Of a DNA stretch of 64,000 nucleotides, positions 25,169 to 37,894 are shown one piece after another. The position numbers were made by a program, and so were the translations under genes. This DNA is from Eledone cirrhosa (lineage: Eukaryota). Each line of letters begins with the position of its first letter. Within the stretch, counting starts at the first letter, position 1. Location: the NCBI GenBank assembly GCA_964016885.1, contig OZ024746.1, forward strand, positions 67,704,001 through 67,768,000. Direction: 5' to 3'. The notes beneath the pieces are model-generated. The model had not been told where the DNA came from, did no database searches, and worked only from the letters and a program-made list of their open reading frames with translations.

Positions 25169-26780
25169 TATATTTAGTTAAGATATTTAATTAATTATGA
25201 AACCTGACGATAAATCTTTCGATTCCTTCAACTTTTTCTTTTAAACCTTCTTCATAAATATATACTAATGATGTAATTAAACTACCCTAAAATGTTGATG
25301 CTCCCAATGTATTAAATAAATTTTACGCTAGATAAACTTCTATACTAAATATAAGAGCATCTGTAGAACAACAGGCTCTCCTAAATCTTTTAAATGATTT
25401 CTGCTAAATAAGTTTTGTTGAATAATTTTTGGTTTTTTGTTTGCTTTTTGATTCTGATTGCTTCTAATGAACTTGGCAATATATTGTCAGATAAATTGGA
25501 AGGATAGATTTCTGTGGTTGATATGGGCGGCATACTGTGTTTTTTTACGGCCCTAGATACTCTAGGGAGTGATGAAAATATTCTTAACGTTTTGATATCT
25601 CTGTGCTGATATATTAATATCTGTTGTCTCTGTGCAAAAGCCATATGTATTAATATGAATATGGAATGATTACAGAGTATATTCTATTTTATCTGTTTAT
25701 TTTATCTGTCCATGTACATATATGTGCGCACGCATATATATATATATATATATGTATGTGTGGCTATAGTTCTGGATATGTTACAGATATGCATAATATT
25801 CTATACATGAACGATAATCATGTATGTGAGGGCAGGAATATTAATATATATTTTTATATATATATATGTATGTATATATATATATATAGTAAAATCTTTT
25901 ATAACACAAGGGAAAATGTTTTTCTGTTAAATAAGAAATTACAGAGTTGATCACGTAAGATCACGGGTATGTCTATAGTATCAACTAGAACTTGAGATGA
26001 CCTTCTCTTTTTCTCTTTCTTTCCTTTTCCGGAAAGTACATATATACTTATGTATTTCCGTATTTTTTGAAGTTTTATCTCAGATTTTGGTACATCGACC
26101 TAAGAATGTTTAAACTAAACATATGGTCATTATTTTTCACACATTATATATCTATGTCTCATTCATGAATATTGATATTTACATTATAATACCCAATTCA
26201 TATGAATTGATAATTCAAATTGATAGGACATAACGTAAAGATGTAAATCTATCATCCTTCTCTTTATACATGATGAAATTTAAGTATCGGTTATTTTAAC
26301 TTTGCCTCTCGAGCTTCTCTCTTGTTTTCTCTCTTACTTCTCTCCTATTTCTCTCACCTCCCCATATATAATTATTATTATTTGGTCTACCCCTTTTCCC
26401 CCCACCTCTATCTTTCTCTACCTCTCTGTTTTCTCTTTATTTATTTTTTATTTCTCTCCGTCTCCTTAACACTATAACTAAATAATTACAGTACTCTCTC
26501 CCTCCTAAATCTCTCAATTTGTATGATGAATTATTATTATTCATCTGTTGCCTCAGCTGCCTCTCATTTTTCACCTCCTCACTATTTCTCTCTCCCCTAT
26601 CTCTCTATATTTCTCTCTGTTTTTCTTTACATACATTTCTTCTTTTTCTCCGTCTTTCTTTTTAACTGTGCTTAACACTAAATATTTATAAACATCTCAC
26701 TACCAAACCAACTTCTTACATAAAAGTTGATCAATATTTATGGTACGTCAAATTTATTTATAAAACTGCTTATATATTGT

Positions 26781-26844
26781 ATTTTATCTGAAGAAGGCAT
26801 GCCATATTTTTAATATGGTATCCCTGAAATATGTATAATGAAAT
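26781..26844 (+). ncRNA. Type I hammerhead ribozyme in a PLE terminal repeat
   Basis: Stem I attttat/atgaaat, CTGAAGA (26788-26794), stem II agg.atgccatatt/aatatggtat.cct, GAAA (26826-26829), minimal stem III, and an ATA site after 26837. Confidence 0.82.
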
Positions 26845-26885
26845 AAATATGGTTTTATAAATATAGTTTCCATTTGTTTAATATC

Positions 26886-26935
<50 letters not shown>

Positions 26936-27779
26936 TACTTGTTTGCATTTATCATTGTTGTGGTTATAAACTATGACCAGATATACCTGGATGATTTATT
27001 CATGGAGTCACACTTTCTGAACTCTGTGTTAAGTCTGAATGAAAATGTATTAACTTTTGGCACCATGAAGTGCTTTGTGACTACCTCAAACTATTCGATT
27101 GGTATCTGCTCTATTGCAGCTAGAACTTTGATTTATACCTAATATATATGTATATATATATATATGTATATATATATATGACAACATACCCACACATCTC
27201 TCCATCTCTCTTGACATTTGAAAATCATGAAACTTGTGAAACTGGTAAAGTTATTGTAAATAAACCTTAAAACTCCAATTGCATTTTCAATTTCTTTTTC
27301 ATATATATATATATATATTGTCCATGGGGTACAGTCCCAACACTGCACCACCCAGGGTCCAGAGTCCATCACCCTCTCCCTTTCCCCCTCCATTTCTTCT
27401 GTGGCCCATGAGTCCTTGCTTTTTCCCTCCTTTTCTTTTCCTTTATAGCATTTATAATGCTCTTCTCTACTTTCCCATACAGCCAGATCTGCCTTTTTTT
27501 TACCCCTTTTTCTCATTACTTAATTTTGTTTTTATCTTTCTTTTTCATATTTATGTAATTATCCAGGGTTTTTAAGCCAACTTTGTGTGTGAAACACATG
27601 TCCTGAGATTAAACATTTTTAGTGCTATATTCTCAAATATTTCTTTCTTTATAGGTAAATTCTGCAACGTGTGTGTAAAATGAAGTATAGTATTCAAGAT
27701 GCTTTTTTTTAGATTTTAGATTTTTTTCATATTAAGAAATTCAAATAAATCTTTTAATCGATAATATATTCTATTTGAA

Positions 27780-28043
27780 AAGATATACACGACTATACAT
27801 TTACAAAATACAAGAAACAGCGGTATCTAATTCGTTTCAATTTCATATTCTCTTTGTTTGATAATTATGCATGGTATTTCAAGATATCTTTAAATACTAT
27901 GCCTAATTATCAAACAAAGAGAATATGAAATTGAAACGAATGAAATAACATGCATAATTATCAAACATAGAGAATATGAAATTGAAATGAATAGAGATAC
28001 CCCTGTTTCTTGTATTTTGTAAATGTATAGTCGTGTATATCTT
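27780..28043. repeat. Fold-back palindrome with an internal duplication in the right arm
   Basis: aagatatacacgactatacatttacaaaatacaagaaacag pairs with the right end. taattatcaaaca.agagaatatgaaattgaaa occurs twice on the right. Confidence 0.9.
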
Positions 28044-28144
28044 CAGTTTATGTACAATAAATTTTAAAGTCTACATCTGCATATATGTGTGTGTGTGTGT
28101 CTAGATTATGTACGTAGATTATATGTGTGAGTTTGTGTGTGTGT

Positions 28145-28420
28145 ATCATGTTTCATACACTGTTCACTTTCCTGACTTTTGAACATTGGGCAGTATCAGT
28201 AGAGGGTCGGACGCCATGCGTCGTAGCATAGAGTTATGGCCCTTTGCGTTCTGAGTTCAAATCCCGCTGAGGTTAACTTTGCCTTTCATCTTTACAGGGT
28301 CGATAAAATAAAGCACCAGTAATGCACTGAGATAATTGCTGGCCTTGTGCCAAAAGTAGAAACAATTATTCAATGTACTATACATGCACCTTTGACGAGT
28401 TGTAGTGCACTTGAGAAACA
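28145..28420 (+). mobile_element. Major SINE (28188-28365) nested in a CR1 3'UTR fragment
   Basis: catacactgttcactttcctga lies upstream and atgtactatacatgcacctttgacgagttgtagtgcac downstream, as at 37.9-38.2 kb. Confidence 0.85.
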
Positions 28421-28988
28421 GTTGTGTGTGTGTGCAAATTATATATATATGTGTGTGTATGTGTGTGTATGTGTGTGTGTGTATGTGTGTGTGTGTACTG
28501 AGTATACCGATGATGTTTTCATGAATCGAATCATAACATTTAAGAAAACTCGAAATGTCAGTGACAGGAGAAGAGTATTTTAAATAACAACCCCCCAGTT
28601 ATATTTAAACTAGAAATCATACAGGCTGTTCTGGAATTAAATATATTAAATATGTGGGTGTTTGGCATGGAGGAATTAAAACGATTCATCGAGTTGTTGC
28701 CCTTTATAAGAAAAAAAGGAAGAAATTTAGCAATCGATAACGACTAATAAATTATGTACCAGAAGGAAATACGTACTGCAATCACTATCGATTAACAATG
28801 TCCTAGTATGGCCGCAGTCCAACGACTGGAACTTGAAGGAAAAGAGTAGAAGCATATTTTATGTACAATCAATATACGTACAAATGTATGCACACACGCA
28901 CGAGCGAACTCGTAAACAAGACAAAGGGAAATAACTTCTAACCTAAATTCTCTACTTAATATCAAAAGCAAATTCATTTTTAAATGTT

Positions 28989-29159
28989 TGATATTTCCTA
29001 GTAGCTGTAACATTTATTTTCAAAAATTAAATTTTGTAAATCATTTGGGGATCATTTGAATTTTTATGGGTGTTACACCCATAAAAATTCAAATGATCCC
29101 CAAAAGATTTACAAAATTTAATTTTTGAAAACAAATGTTACAGCTACTAGGAAATATCA
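28989..29159. repeat. Palindrome with 85-bp arms and a 1-nt spacer
   Basis: Centre gggtgt-t-acaccc at 29074; two arm mismatches. Confidence 0.95.
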
Positions 29160-29679
29160 CAGCTAGTTCCATTGCACCATAACAACAACATTAAACGAAT
29201 GTCATGCTACATTATCTCAACTATTACATGAAACTGTATATGATATATCAGCAACGATCACTGTACTTTCTAAACAAAGTATAATTGCCTGGCCTTTTCA
29301 TAGGCTCTTAATTCCTCATAGAGATGTAGAGGCCTATTCGTCTTCACGCCTGGCTTTAGTTGATTACTTCCAAATGGCCAGTTACTTTATTTACCAAGTC
29401 CGAAGGGATGATAAGCAAAGCTGAGCTCGGACCACAAAAGGCAGAAGCAAACACGGCAATGCATTCTATCCGACAGTAACGGTTATTTATTTGCGACATG
29501 TAACTAACTAGAAAATACGTTCGAGGGGAGGTAACTCGTTATATAATTATTAGTACGATCTATTTATTTTTTGTGTCATTTTGCAATCTTTGAAATGCCA
29601 AATATTTTTCTGTGTCAAAGTCTTATAAATAATTATAATACATATTATTTAGCCACTAAAAGCAATTCAATTTTCATTC

Positions 29680-30000
29680 ATACGTGTATATCATGACTCA
29701 TACAGTGTTCACTTTCCTGACATTTGTACATTTTTCTAAGGGTTGGTGGTTTGGCAGTAACGGTCAGACACCGTACTTTGCAGCATAGTTATGGCCCTTT
29801 ACGTTCTGAGTTCAAATCCCGCCGAGGTTCACTTTGCCATTTATCATTACTGGGTCTATAAAATAAAGGACCAGTAATGCACTGGGATAATTGCTGGCCT
29901 TGTGCCAAAAGTAGAAACAATTATTCAATGTACTATACATGCACCTTTGACGAGTTGTAGTGCACCTGAGCACTGTACAGAATAATTTCATTATTATTAT
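29680..30000 (+). mobile_element. Major SINE (29744-29920) nested in a CR1 3'UTR with an (ATT)n tail
   Basis: Same flanks as 28145-28420 and 37895-38210; ends gcactgtacagaataatttcattattattat. Confidence 0.85.
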
Positions 30001-30009
30001 ACAAAACCA

Positions 30010-30194
30010 GGCGGTAGATTGGCAGTATCGGTAGAGGGTCGGACGCCATGCTTTCCAGCATAGTTACGTCCCTTTACGATCTGAGTTCAAATCCCACCGA
30101 GGTTGATTTTGCCTTTCATCCTTACGGGGTCGATAAAATAAAGTACCAGTAATGCACTGGGTAATTGCTGGCCTTGTGCCTAAAGTAGAAACAA
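30010..30194 (+). mobile_element. Major tRNA-derived SINE
   Basis: Full A/B boxes and core; TSD attattatacaaaac. Confidence 0.92.
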
Positions 30195-30615
30195 TTATTA
30201 TTATACAAAACATGAATACGCTTGGAATTGAAGCAGAACAATCCAGTAGATTGATAAATACAATATGCAAGCAATTATGTAGAATAATTAAGCTTATAAT
30301 AGAATGTAGAATGTGTAAAAACAAGATGTAATTTTATAAAAGGGTAAACCACCTACAGATGTGGCCGACTGCCAGCTGCATTAATCAGGGTAGACTTGTA
30401 ACTTCTGATTTTGCAATTTTTCCATTTTCCCCTTGCTGAAGAGTCCAGAATATTCCATGTAAGACTTTTCATCGGGACAGATGAGTAGGTGGCCAATATC
30501 TTGCAGTTTGTTGACATGAAAGATCTCATGGATATTGCTGTTGGCCCTCCATCTTTTCTGATGACTAATGCTCCAGGAGACCCAATTAACAGAACTGCCA
30601 GCTTATGAAATTAAT

Positions 30616-30797
30616 TGTTTCTACTTTAGGCACAAGGCCAGCAAATACCCAGTGCATTACTGGTACTTTATTTTATCGACCCCATAAGGATGAAAGACAA
30701 AGTTAACCTCGGCGGGATTTGAACTCAGATCATAAACGGCCGTAAATCTTTGCTGCAAAGCATGGCGTCCGACCCTCTACCGATACTGCCAATCCAC
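30616..30797 (-). mobile_element. Major tRNA-derived SINE
   Basis: Full copy; TSD tatgaaattaat. Confidence 0.92.
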
Positions 30798-31651
30798 TAT
30801 GAAATTAATGTGACTGAGTATTCCACAAACACGTGCACCATTAATATATTTCTCAGGGATATTCAGTGTAATAAGGCTGGCCTCTTAAATTTCAGGTAGA
30901 ACTAATATTTTTACTAGCCGGGTGGACCGGTCCAACGTAAAATAAAGTATCTTAATGCACCGCTTGGTACGGAAATCGAACACACAACCTTGTGATTGTA
31001 AGCCAAACATGCTAACCACTAAGCTACGTTCCTTAACTTCATAAATATTATGGATGTACTTAAACACTACAATACATTTTCTTTTACTCCTGTGCCTCCT
31101 TGTCTCACTCCACAGGAGCTGAATTCCTCCATGACGCAGAAGATAAATCATGGGAGATGTATCCCTCTTTTCCATGTCTTATATCCTTTTCGATTTGCTT
31201 CATTCAGATTTTTTTTTTTTTTTTTTTTTCACTCTTTTCTCAATTTCTCCATCATACTCCTAGAAAGGACTTCGGTGTCACCTGTCTCCCACTGTTAGTT
31301 TTGTTACAGTAGGCTACCCTTTCTTTCCAGCTATTTATTATCACCACTGGTTGTGATTGGGGAAAGGAGTTTATCAGCTTCTTTTTTTTACTCCCAGAGA
31401 TGAGAACCAAGCAATTTTAACAATTGCACCCTGAATATGAGTTACACCCGGTACAACATTAGAAACAGCAGGCTCCATACTTTGCCACAGCTGTTGCTTC
31501 TTTCCGCATATTAAACTCTCTGGACCCTTAAATTATTTATCATTCCATATATGTGGCAGCAGGGTTTTCTTACATTGGTGGTCATTCTGCAGGTTTTCCT
31601 CTCGAAACTCATTCCACAACACAATTATATGACTGGTTTGTGAAGATTTAA

Positions 31652-31864
31652 CCCTTTAGCGTTTACATTACTATTATATTTTCATGATGAAGGCTTTACC
31701 TCATAATTATCTCACATAATATGAAATCTATGAGATTTTGGTGATGTTATTATTATTTTGAGAACAACAACTTAATGTCAGTATGAGTGGCCGGTTACAG
31801 CTGGTTTGAACAGAAAGAGGTAAGAGAATTCTGGCCGGATATGACCGGTTTAAATGCTAAAGGG
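31652..31864. mobile_element. piggyBac-type MITE
   Basis: TTAA at 31648-31651 and 31865-31868; TIRs ccctttagcgttta and taaatgctaaaggg. Confidence 0.85.
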
Positions 31865-32108
31865 TTAATATCCATGATGACCCAACTTAACCATATATCA
31901 CCCAAAAGTTACATCAGTGCTAACAACCTCACTATATTGCACCACAAAGTTTAATATAAAACATCACCAATATCCATAATGGTAACCCTTATGCTTTTCC
32001 ACTTAAATAGTGTGGGGACCAGTTTGTGGGTGGGTGTATTTCGTACTATCTCGTTTTAGGCCTTTTCTCTATCATCAGTTTTGAAGATGATGTATATCGT
32101 TCTCTATT

Positions 32109-32139
<31 letters not shown>

Positions 32140-32627
32140 TTCGTTTAACGTCCATCTCCAATGAAAGATATTTCATTTCATGTGCCTGCCTAGGTTTATC
32201 CCAACTGTCCCTTGAAGAGAATCAGGGAGACCCATGTTGTCTTGGTAAAGCACAGCTATGTTATTTTTCTTTTCTTTCATGCCTATTTAGTAAACTTTGT
32301 CTGAGAGGCACTTCTGCAATGGACAATAATGCTATCATGCCTTTGTCCTTTCGGTAAACTGTTTCCTATCTACTCTTCTCTTGTTTGAAAGTATTCTTGT
32401 AAATGACAGGGTTTGAAATCCATTATAGGATGTCAGTCTTCTGCACGGGTGACCTATGTCTTTTTCCACAGATCAGCAGATACTATATAGAGAAAAATAA
32501 TTGATTGCTAGAAGTGGCAAACTTTGTGGTGCAAACTAGAAATAACACTACCATACTATCATAACAAATAATTGAGGTGAAACTTTGGTTCATGCAAGCT
32601 AAATGAAGCCTAAACTTGGATCACGAG

Positions 32628-33430
32628 TCATCATCATCATCATCATCATCGTTTAACGTCCATCTTCCACGCTTGCATGGGTTTGGACGGGAGTTTTCCC
32701 ACTTGAGGCAAGATTGGTTGTCCTGCTCGTATAGGACTGTCTGGCGGGTTTTCTACGGCTGGATGCCCTTCCTAACACCAACCACGTTTACAGTGTGGAC
32801 TGGGAGGTTTTTACCGTGTTACCTACACGACCACATTACAGCGTGAACTGTGTGTTTTTTTGTCGTGACACCTACACGTCTGGCGGGTTTTCTACGGCTG
32901 GGTGCCCTTCCCAACACCAACCACGTTTACAGTGTGTACTGGGAGGTTTTTACCGTGTTACCTACACGGCCACATTACAGCGTGGACTGTGTGTTTTTTT
33001 GTTTTTTTTTTTGTCGTGACACCTACACGACCTCATTTGTTTCGGACTGGATGTTGTGGTACCAACATAACTTTACATTTAAGGGGGTGGTGTGGATGGT
33101 GTGGGGGTAGTGGTACGGGGGTGTATTTTGTTAGAGGTGCCTACTGACTGTAGGTTTCGCTTTGTACTTAGGCAAGGCGGGTCTTCTGTATAACTGTGTA
33201 GCGCCAAAGCTCTCGGTCCAGTGACATTGTTTTGGAGAGGTATAAGTGTGTGAGGTCGGAATTTATCAAGTCGTCCCAGGTTTTTCTGGGTCTGCCTACT
33301 CCGTGGCTACCGTCTATTTTTATCGCCCTGCACTTTTTTATACAGCTGTCGTCTTTCATGCGCATCACATGACCGTACCAACGTAGTCTTCTCTCGAGTA
33401 AACAACATCTGATCGCTCTTATTCCTAAGT
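32628..33430 (-). mobile_element. 5'-truncated RTE copy (family of 52995-55493) with a tandem duplication of about 140 bp in the 3'UTR
   Basis: LGIRAIRCCLLERRLRWYGHVMRMKDDS...QKTRLA is nearly identical to the end of ORF 54177-55100. Same 3'UTR and (GAT)n tail. Confidence 0.92.
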
Positions 33431-34680
33431 GAAGATAGTAATAAAAATGATTACTGCCAATTTTATTGGCATGTAAAGCCCTCATGGCAGTGGTGTTTAT
33501 CAACAAATGGAATAACAGGATTAAACCTGTAGTAGAAAACTCCTTAGAATTACTCACTCTAAAAAGGGTACAAAGCCTTTGCATTTCTGATAGATATAAA
33601 GATATTAGTGATATAGCAAGTTACAGAACCATTACTAGGAATACTTTATAACTTTAGTATTGTGTATTGTAAATATGTAGAATATGTGTTAATGTTGCTG
33701 CATGCTTGAAGGGTGGTGGATTGGCAGAATTTGTAGGGTGTCAGATAAAATACCTTTACGGTATTTGTTCCACCCCTTTACATTCTGAGTTCAAATTTAT
33801 CTTCCCTACCCATGGGGTCAATAAAATATCAATCAACTTTTTTCTTCCCTCAAATTTTCTGGTCTTATACTTAAATCATAAATCAGTATTGCAGCATGTT
33901 TTTCTATGTATTTTTACACTTGATTGAATATCAAGATAGTTATTTCCAGAGATAATTTGGTCTGCTGACTAAAACATCAAACAAGACAATATTTGGATCA
34001 ACTTCGAATAATACAACACAATATTATCTAAAACAGCCCCATAACCTACAACAGTTACAATTACTTTTTGTAAATGCTATAAGAACCTACAATCATGTAA
34101 GGTATTCTACCTGTAATAGAAATGTTCTTTAGCTATCTTTATATATTATTCATATCATAACATCCATCAAATTTTGAAAATAAAATTACAATGATTCGAT
34201 TTGCTGTTTGGAGTAAAAATAATATAGTGTGTGTGTGAGTGTATGTGAGTGAATGTGTGAGAGAAAGAATTTCTGTGCAGGAGTGCATGGCTTTCTGGCT
34301 TCAACAAATATACGTAATGTATTTGAGTATAAGTGTAAATAAACTGCAAAATCAGATATGTTGTTGCAAATTGTATCATTTTCAAGGCACGAATATAAAT
34401 AGTTTCCTTCAAAAATCTGTACAAGTTCGAATCTCATCAAAAGGTGTTGTTCTGTTTTAATCATTCATCTGTTTATATCACATTGTTCCTTAATTAAGTT
34501 AGAGAGTCACCATTTTGTAGAGAATAAGCATCGTTATAAACCGCAAGACATAATATGTCAGTGCAAGAGTGTGTTATTTGTATGTCAAAAATTTAGTTTT
34601 ACCTTTTTCATACATTTATATTCATTGAGAGATAGATTATGAAACACATACTCACACTAACAGAAAACCACCCATGGTGT

Positions 34681-34731
<51 letters not shown>

Positions 34732-35034
34732 TACGTATATAAGTTGGAGTGATGATTTTGGATTCATAGAAACATATCAGACATATTGCAGAATATCGTT
34801 CGATCTGTCCAGGTCTATTGTTTTAACCTGATTAGTTCTTTCATTGTTTTGGTATTGTATGGTTGGATTTTGTCTACCGCAATTTTCAATTTGTCAAGCT
34901 ATTTAAACGTAATGTTATTACTCTAAGGACCTACCCTTATTGAGTGCTTTGTTACTCATTCATTATTGTAGGTCCACTTTGCTTGGCCACAGCCAAAGCT
35001 TAGATTTTACTAAGCTTCCACTTGTATATATATG

Positions 35035-35072
<38 letters not shown>

Positions 35073-35092
35073 TATAGGCCAAAGAGTGAGTC

Positions 35093-35138
35093 TTGTTACT
35101 CTGGAGTTTCACCTGATTATCACAGGGTCATCAGACAA
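35093..35138 (-). ncRNA. Type I hammerhead ribozyme
   Basis: Minus strand reads ttgt CTGATGA c cctg-tgataat-cagg t GAAA ctc-ca-gag TA acaa. All three stems pair, the site is GTA, and a (TA)n tract is adjacent. Confidence 0.82.
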
Positions 35139-35994
35139 TAACTAACGTTTCAATAGTAGAGACAGTATAAATAAAGGAAGACTTGAGGTCGAGGAGGTGG
35201 TTTAACTGAGAAGGGATGATTAAGATAGGGTATATATGGTGGTTGTTGCATTGGGGAGGGGAGATAGTGCTGGGTGAAAAAAGGTGATAAAGGATGGTAG
35301 AAGGAACAGTGAGAGGCAGGTGATAAATGTGAAGGTTGGTGTAATGGAGGGAATTAGTGAAAAGGTTGGTGGGATTCACATGATAAAGTGGTGGATGGAA
35401 TATACATATGAATACAATTACACGTGTAGATAAATATACATACAGACAAACATATCTACACATACATACTCAATCCTGATTCAGCTATATATATAATATA
35501 TTATATTCGAATCAGGACAAGTGTACAAGGTCAAATTAACTCAAGATAAATATTTTAGCTACGAAATCTTTCAGAAGTTAAACAGATCTCACCATTCTGG
35601 GAGAACATACAAGTCACTGGCACTACTTTTCGTTCTTAAAATGTGTCCTTCAATAAAAACACGGAAAAAAACTAATCCATACATAGTTTTAGAGAAAAAC
35701 AAAACAAAAAAATCATCTAGTTAGATTATGCAAGGTAAATAACTTTAAGAAAATAATTGAATTATCTCCCTTAGTTAACCAGTAAATTTTGTTTTTCGAT
35801 ATCTAATTCTAATGCAAACCAAAACAAAAAGAAAAGCGGAATTGGAACGCTAGTCTGAAAATATCTATTTTAGCTCTTCTATGCTTTCCGTTCAATTTTT
35901 TCATAGAAGAATTTTGATTTCTATCCCTAACTAAACGATATGAATATAACCTATCCCACATAGGTTAATTTTTAAAGTACACTTCAACCATATT

Positions 35995-36055
35995 AACTAA
36001 GGTTACATAGGCAAAATAATTATTATATAATTATTTTGCCTATGTAACCTTAGTT
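35995..36055. repeat. Perfect palindrome with 29-bp arms and a 3-nt spacer
   Basis: aactaaggttacataggcaaaataattat followed by its reverse complement. Confidence 0.95.
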
Positions 36056-36799
36056 GTATTTAAACGAAAAAATGAAATGAATACTAATTTTGGAAAAATA
36101 GAATTAAATAATATAAACAAAAATAAATAACGTAATTTATCATGCAAGTCAACTTTGTCTTTCATCCTTTCGAAATCGTTGTGAAAAGTACTGATCCACT
36201 ATTGTGGTCGATTCTTCCTCTATATTTCTTATTCATTTTCTCTCACTCATTCCTTATCCTTCACTGGAAGAAATCGGCTGTGTTCAGACAGGGAGAGGCG
36301 ATGAGCTCTGCCAGGTTTTAAATGCCCAAGTTATGCGTCTATATATTCATACACTGCATTTGGCTAAAACGATTTATGTTATCACATACATTTAAACAGA
36401 ACTAATATAGTATTAATGAGAGCAGTTATTTGAGAATATTTAAACTTGTTTGAGTAATTTACCATCTTTTCCTGTTGTATTGATTGGTTTCTTACTGTTT
36501 TTACTAGTTATTATTATTTTACTTTTTCAGCACAGCACTTATTTCAATTCCCTATCTTTATACCAAGATGTGTTAACTCCCTAAATACTTCATTGTCTCT
36601 TATTAAATCAGTATCATGAGCAAAATAGAGATTATTTCTCTAACTCCTACTTTGTCTCCTTCGAAAGATTCTTCTTTCATAATGTATTCTAGAAACACAT
36701 TGAGGTTTGATGAGAGAACACACCTTTATGTGAGACCAACTGTTGTTTTAAACCATGGGTATTTCCAAACCCAAAATAGACGTTTTGTATGTACATACG

Positions 36800-37038
36800 A
36801 CAAAAAGCACCCATTCCACACTGTAAGGTGGTTGTGTAGGAGACACAGTAAAAAGGCTACCAGTCCACACTGTAAATGTAGTTGATGTTAGGAAGGGCAT
36901 CCAGCCATAGTAAACCTGCCAGAGACAGTTCTGTACGAGCGAGACACGGTTTCTTGATCAATCTCGCCTCAAGAGGGGCAAAACCGTCCAAAGCATGGAA
37001 GATGGACATTAAATGATGATGATGATGATGATGATGAT
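36800..37038 (+). mobile_element. RTE-derived non-autonomous element with a (GAT)n tail; related copies at 39701-39890 (-) and 48520-48737 (+)
   Basis: cagtccacactgtaaa...gttaggaagggcatccagcc and gcatggaagatggacattaaatgatgatgat. Confidence 0.85.
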
Positions 37039-37299
37039 ACAGCATAACATTTACTATTGCTGGTTTAATGTTATATTTTTCTCATAATAAACCATAATAC
37101 CCCATGCCATACATGGTCAAAAGTTTTAAGCTAATTAAGTTATGGTAAGGGTTTCAATGGTTTACAAGTATTTTTCTGCTAGAATATTATGGTTACATAT
37201 CTGTTCAACAATGTTTGTCTCTTCTTGGAAACCAGTTTGTATTTAACTAAATATTTTTATTACTTTCATTTAAAGAAAACCTTGTTTCAATGGCTTGTT

Positions 37300-37875
37300 G
37301 TACATTTTTCCCCACACTTTTTTAGAGCTTCTCTTTTTTAGCAGTGGTATAAATCTAATTCTGTCCATTTACTGAGTCATTTTCTAATACATAAAACACT
37401 ATTACACATTTCAAAAAGAATGTTAGTTATAGATGTACTTCCTGGATTTAATAACACTATATTTATTTTCTGTTCCAGTTGGTTTATTACATTTTAGTTT
37501 TATAATTATTTATGTAACTTCTACTGACTCACTGATTTCAAGTTCTTGCTGTATATCAAAGGAATTTTATTTTCCATTTCATTATAACACATTATATCTA
37601 ATTCTGCTCTGTATCCATAAAGTTCCTTGTGGTATTTTCTCTGTCTCACAGTTACTTAATTTGCTTTGCTTAGTTAAGTAACCATGTTTATCTTCAATAA
37701 CTTCACATATTTAGGTACCCATTTCAACTATTTATGCTTTTCCTCAACTATTTTTTCTAAAACTTCTATTTCTTCATGTCTTTTATTAATCCATGTATCT
37801 TTGGTTGTCTCGGTTTCTTTCTTTTTTTCCCTATTTGCCAATCTATATTCCATTCCCGCTGCTTCATCTTGTTTC
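37300..37875 (-). pseudogene. Decayed RTE-like EN-RT linker fragment
   Basis: EYRLANREKKKE...KDTWINKRHEEIE and IEDKHGYL resemble RTE linker motifs. Confidence 0.4.
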
Positions 37876-37894
37876 GGATGTCTTTTATACAGAA

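Larger units (their letters stand above)
24071..26891 (+). mobile_element. Penelope-like insertion bounded by inverted terminal-repeat copies (24071-24235 and 26727-26891)
   Basis: Two near-identical inverted arms of about 165 bp flank the EN ORF and a long 3' region. The 3' end runs into (TA)n. Confidence 0.85.

Noticed and set aside
30330-31620. Higher-complexity stretches that may be an old LINE
   Set aside because: No diagnostic motif could be read in any frame.
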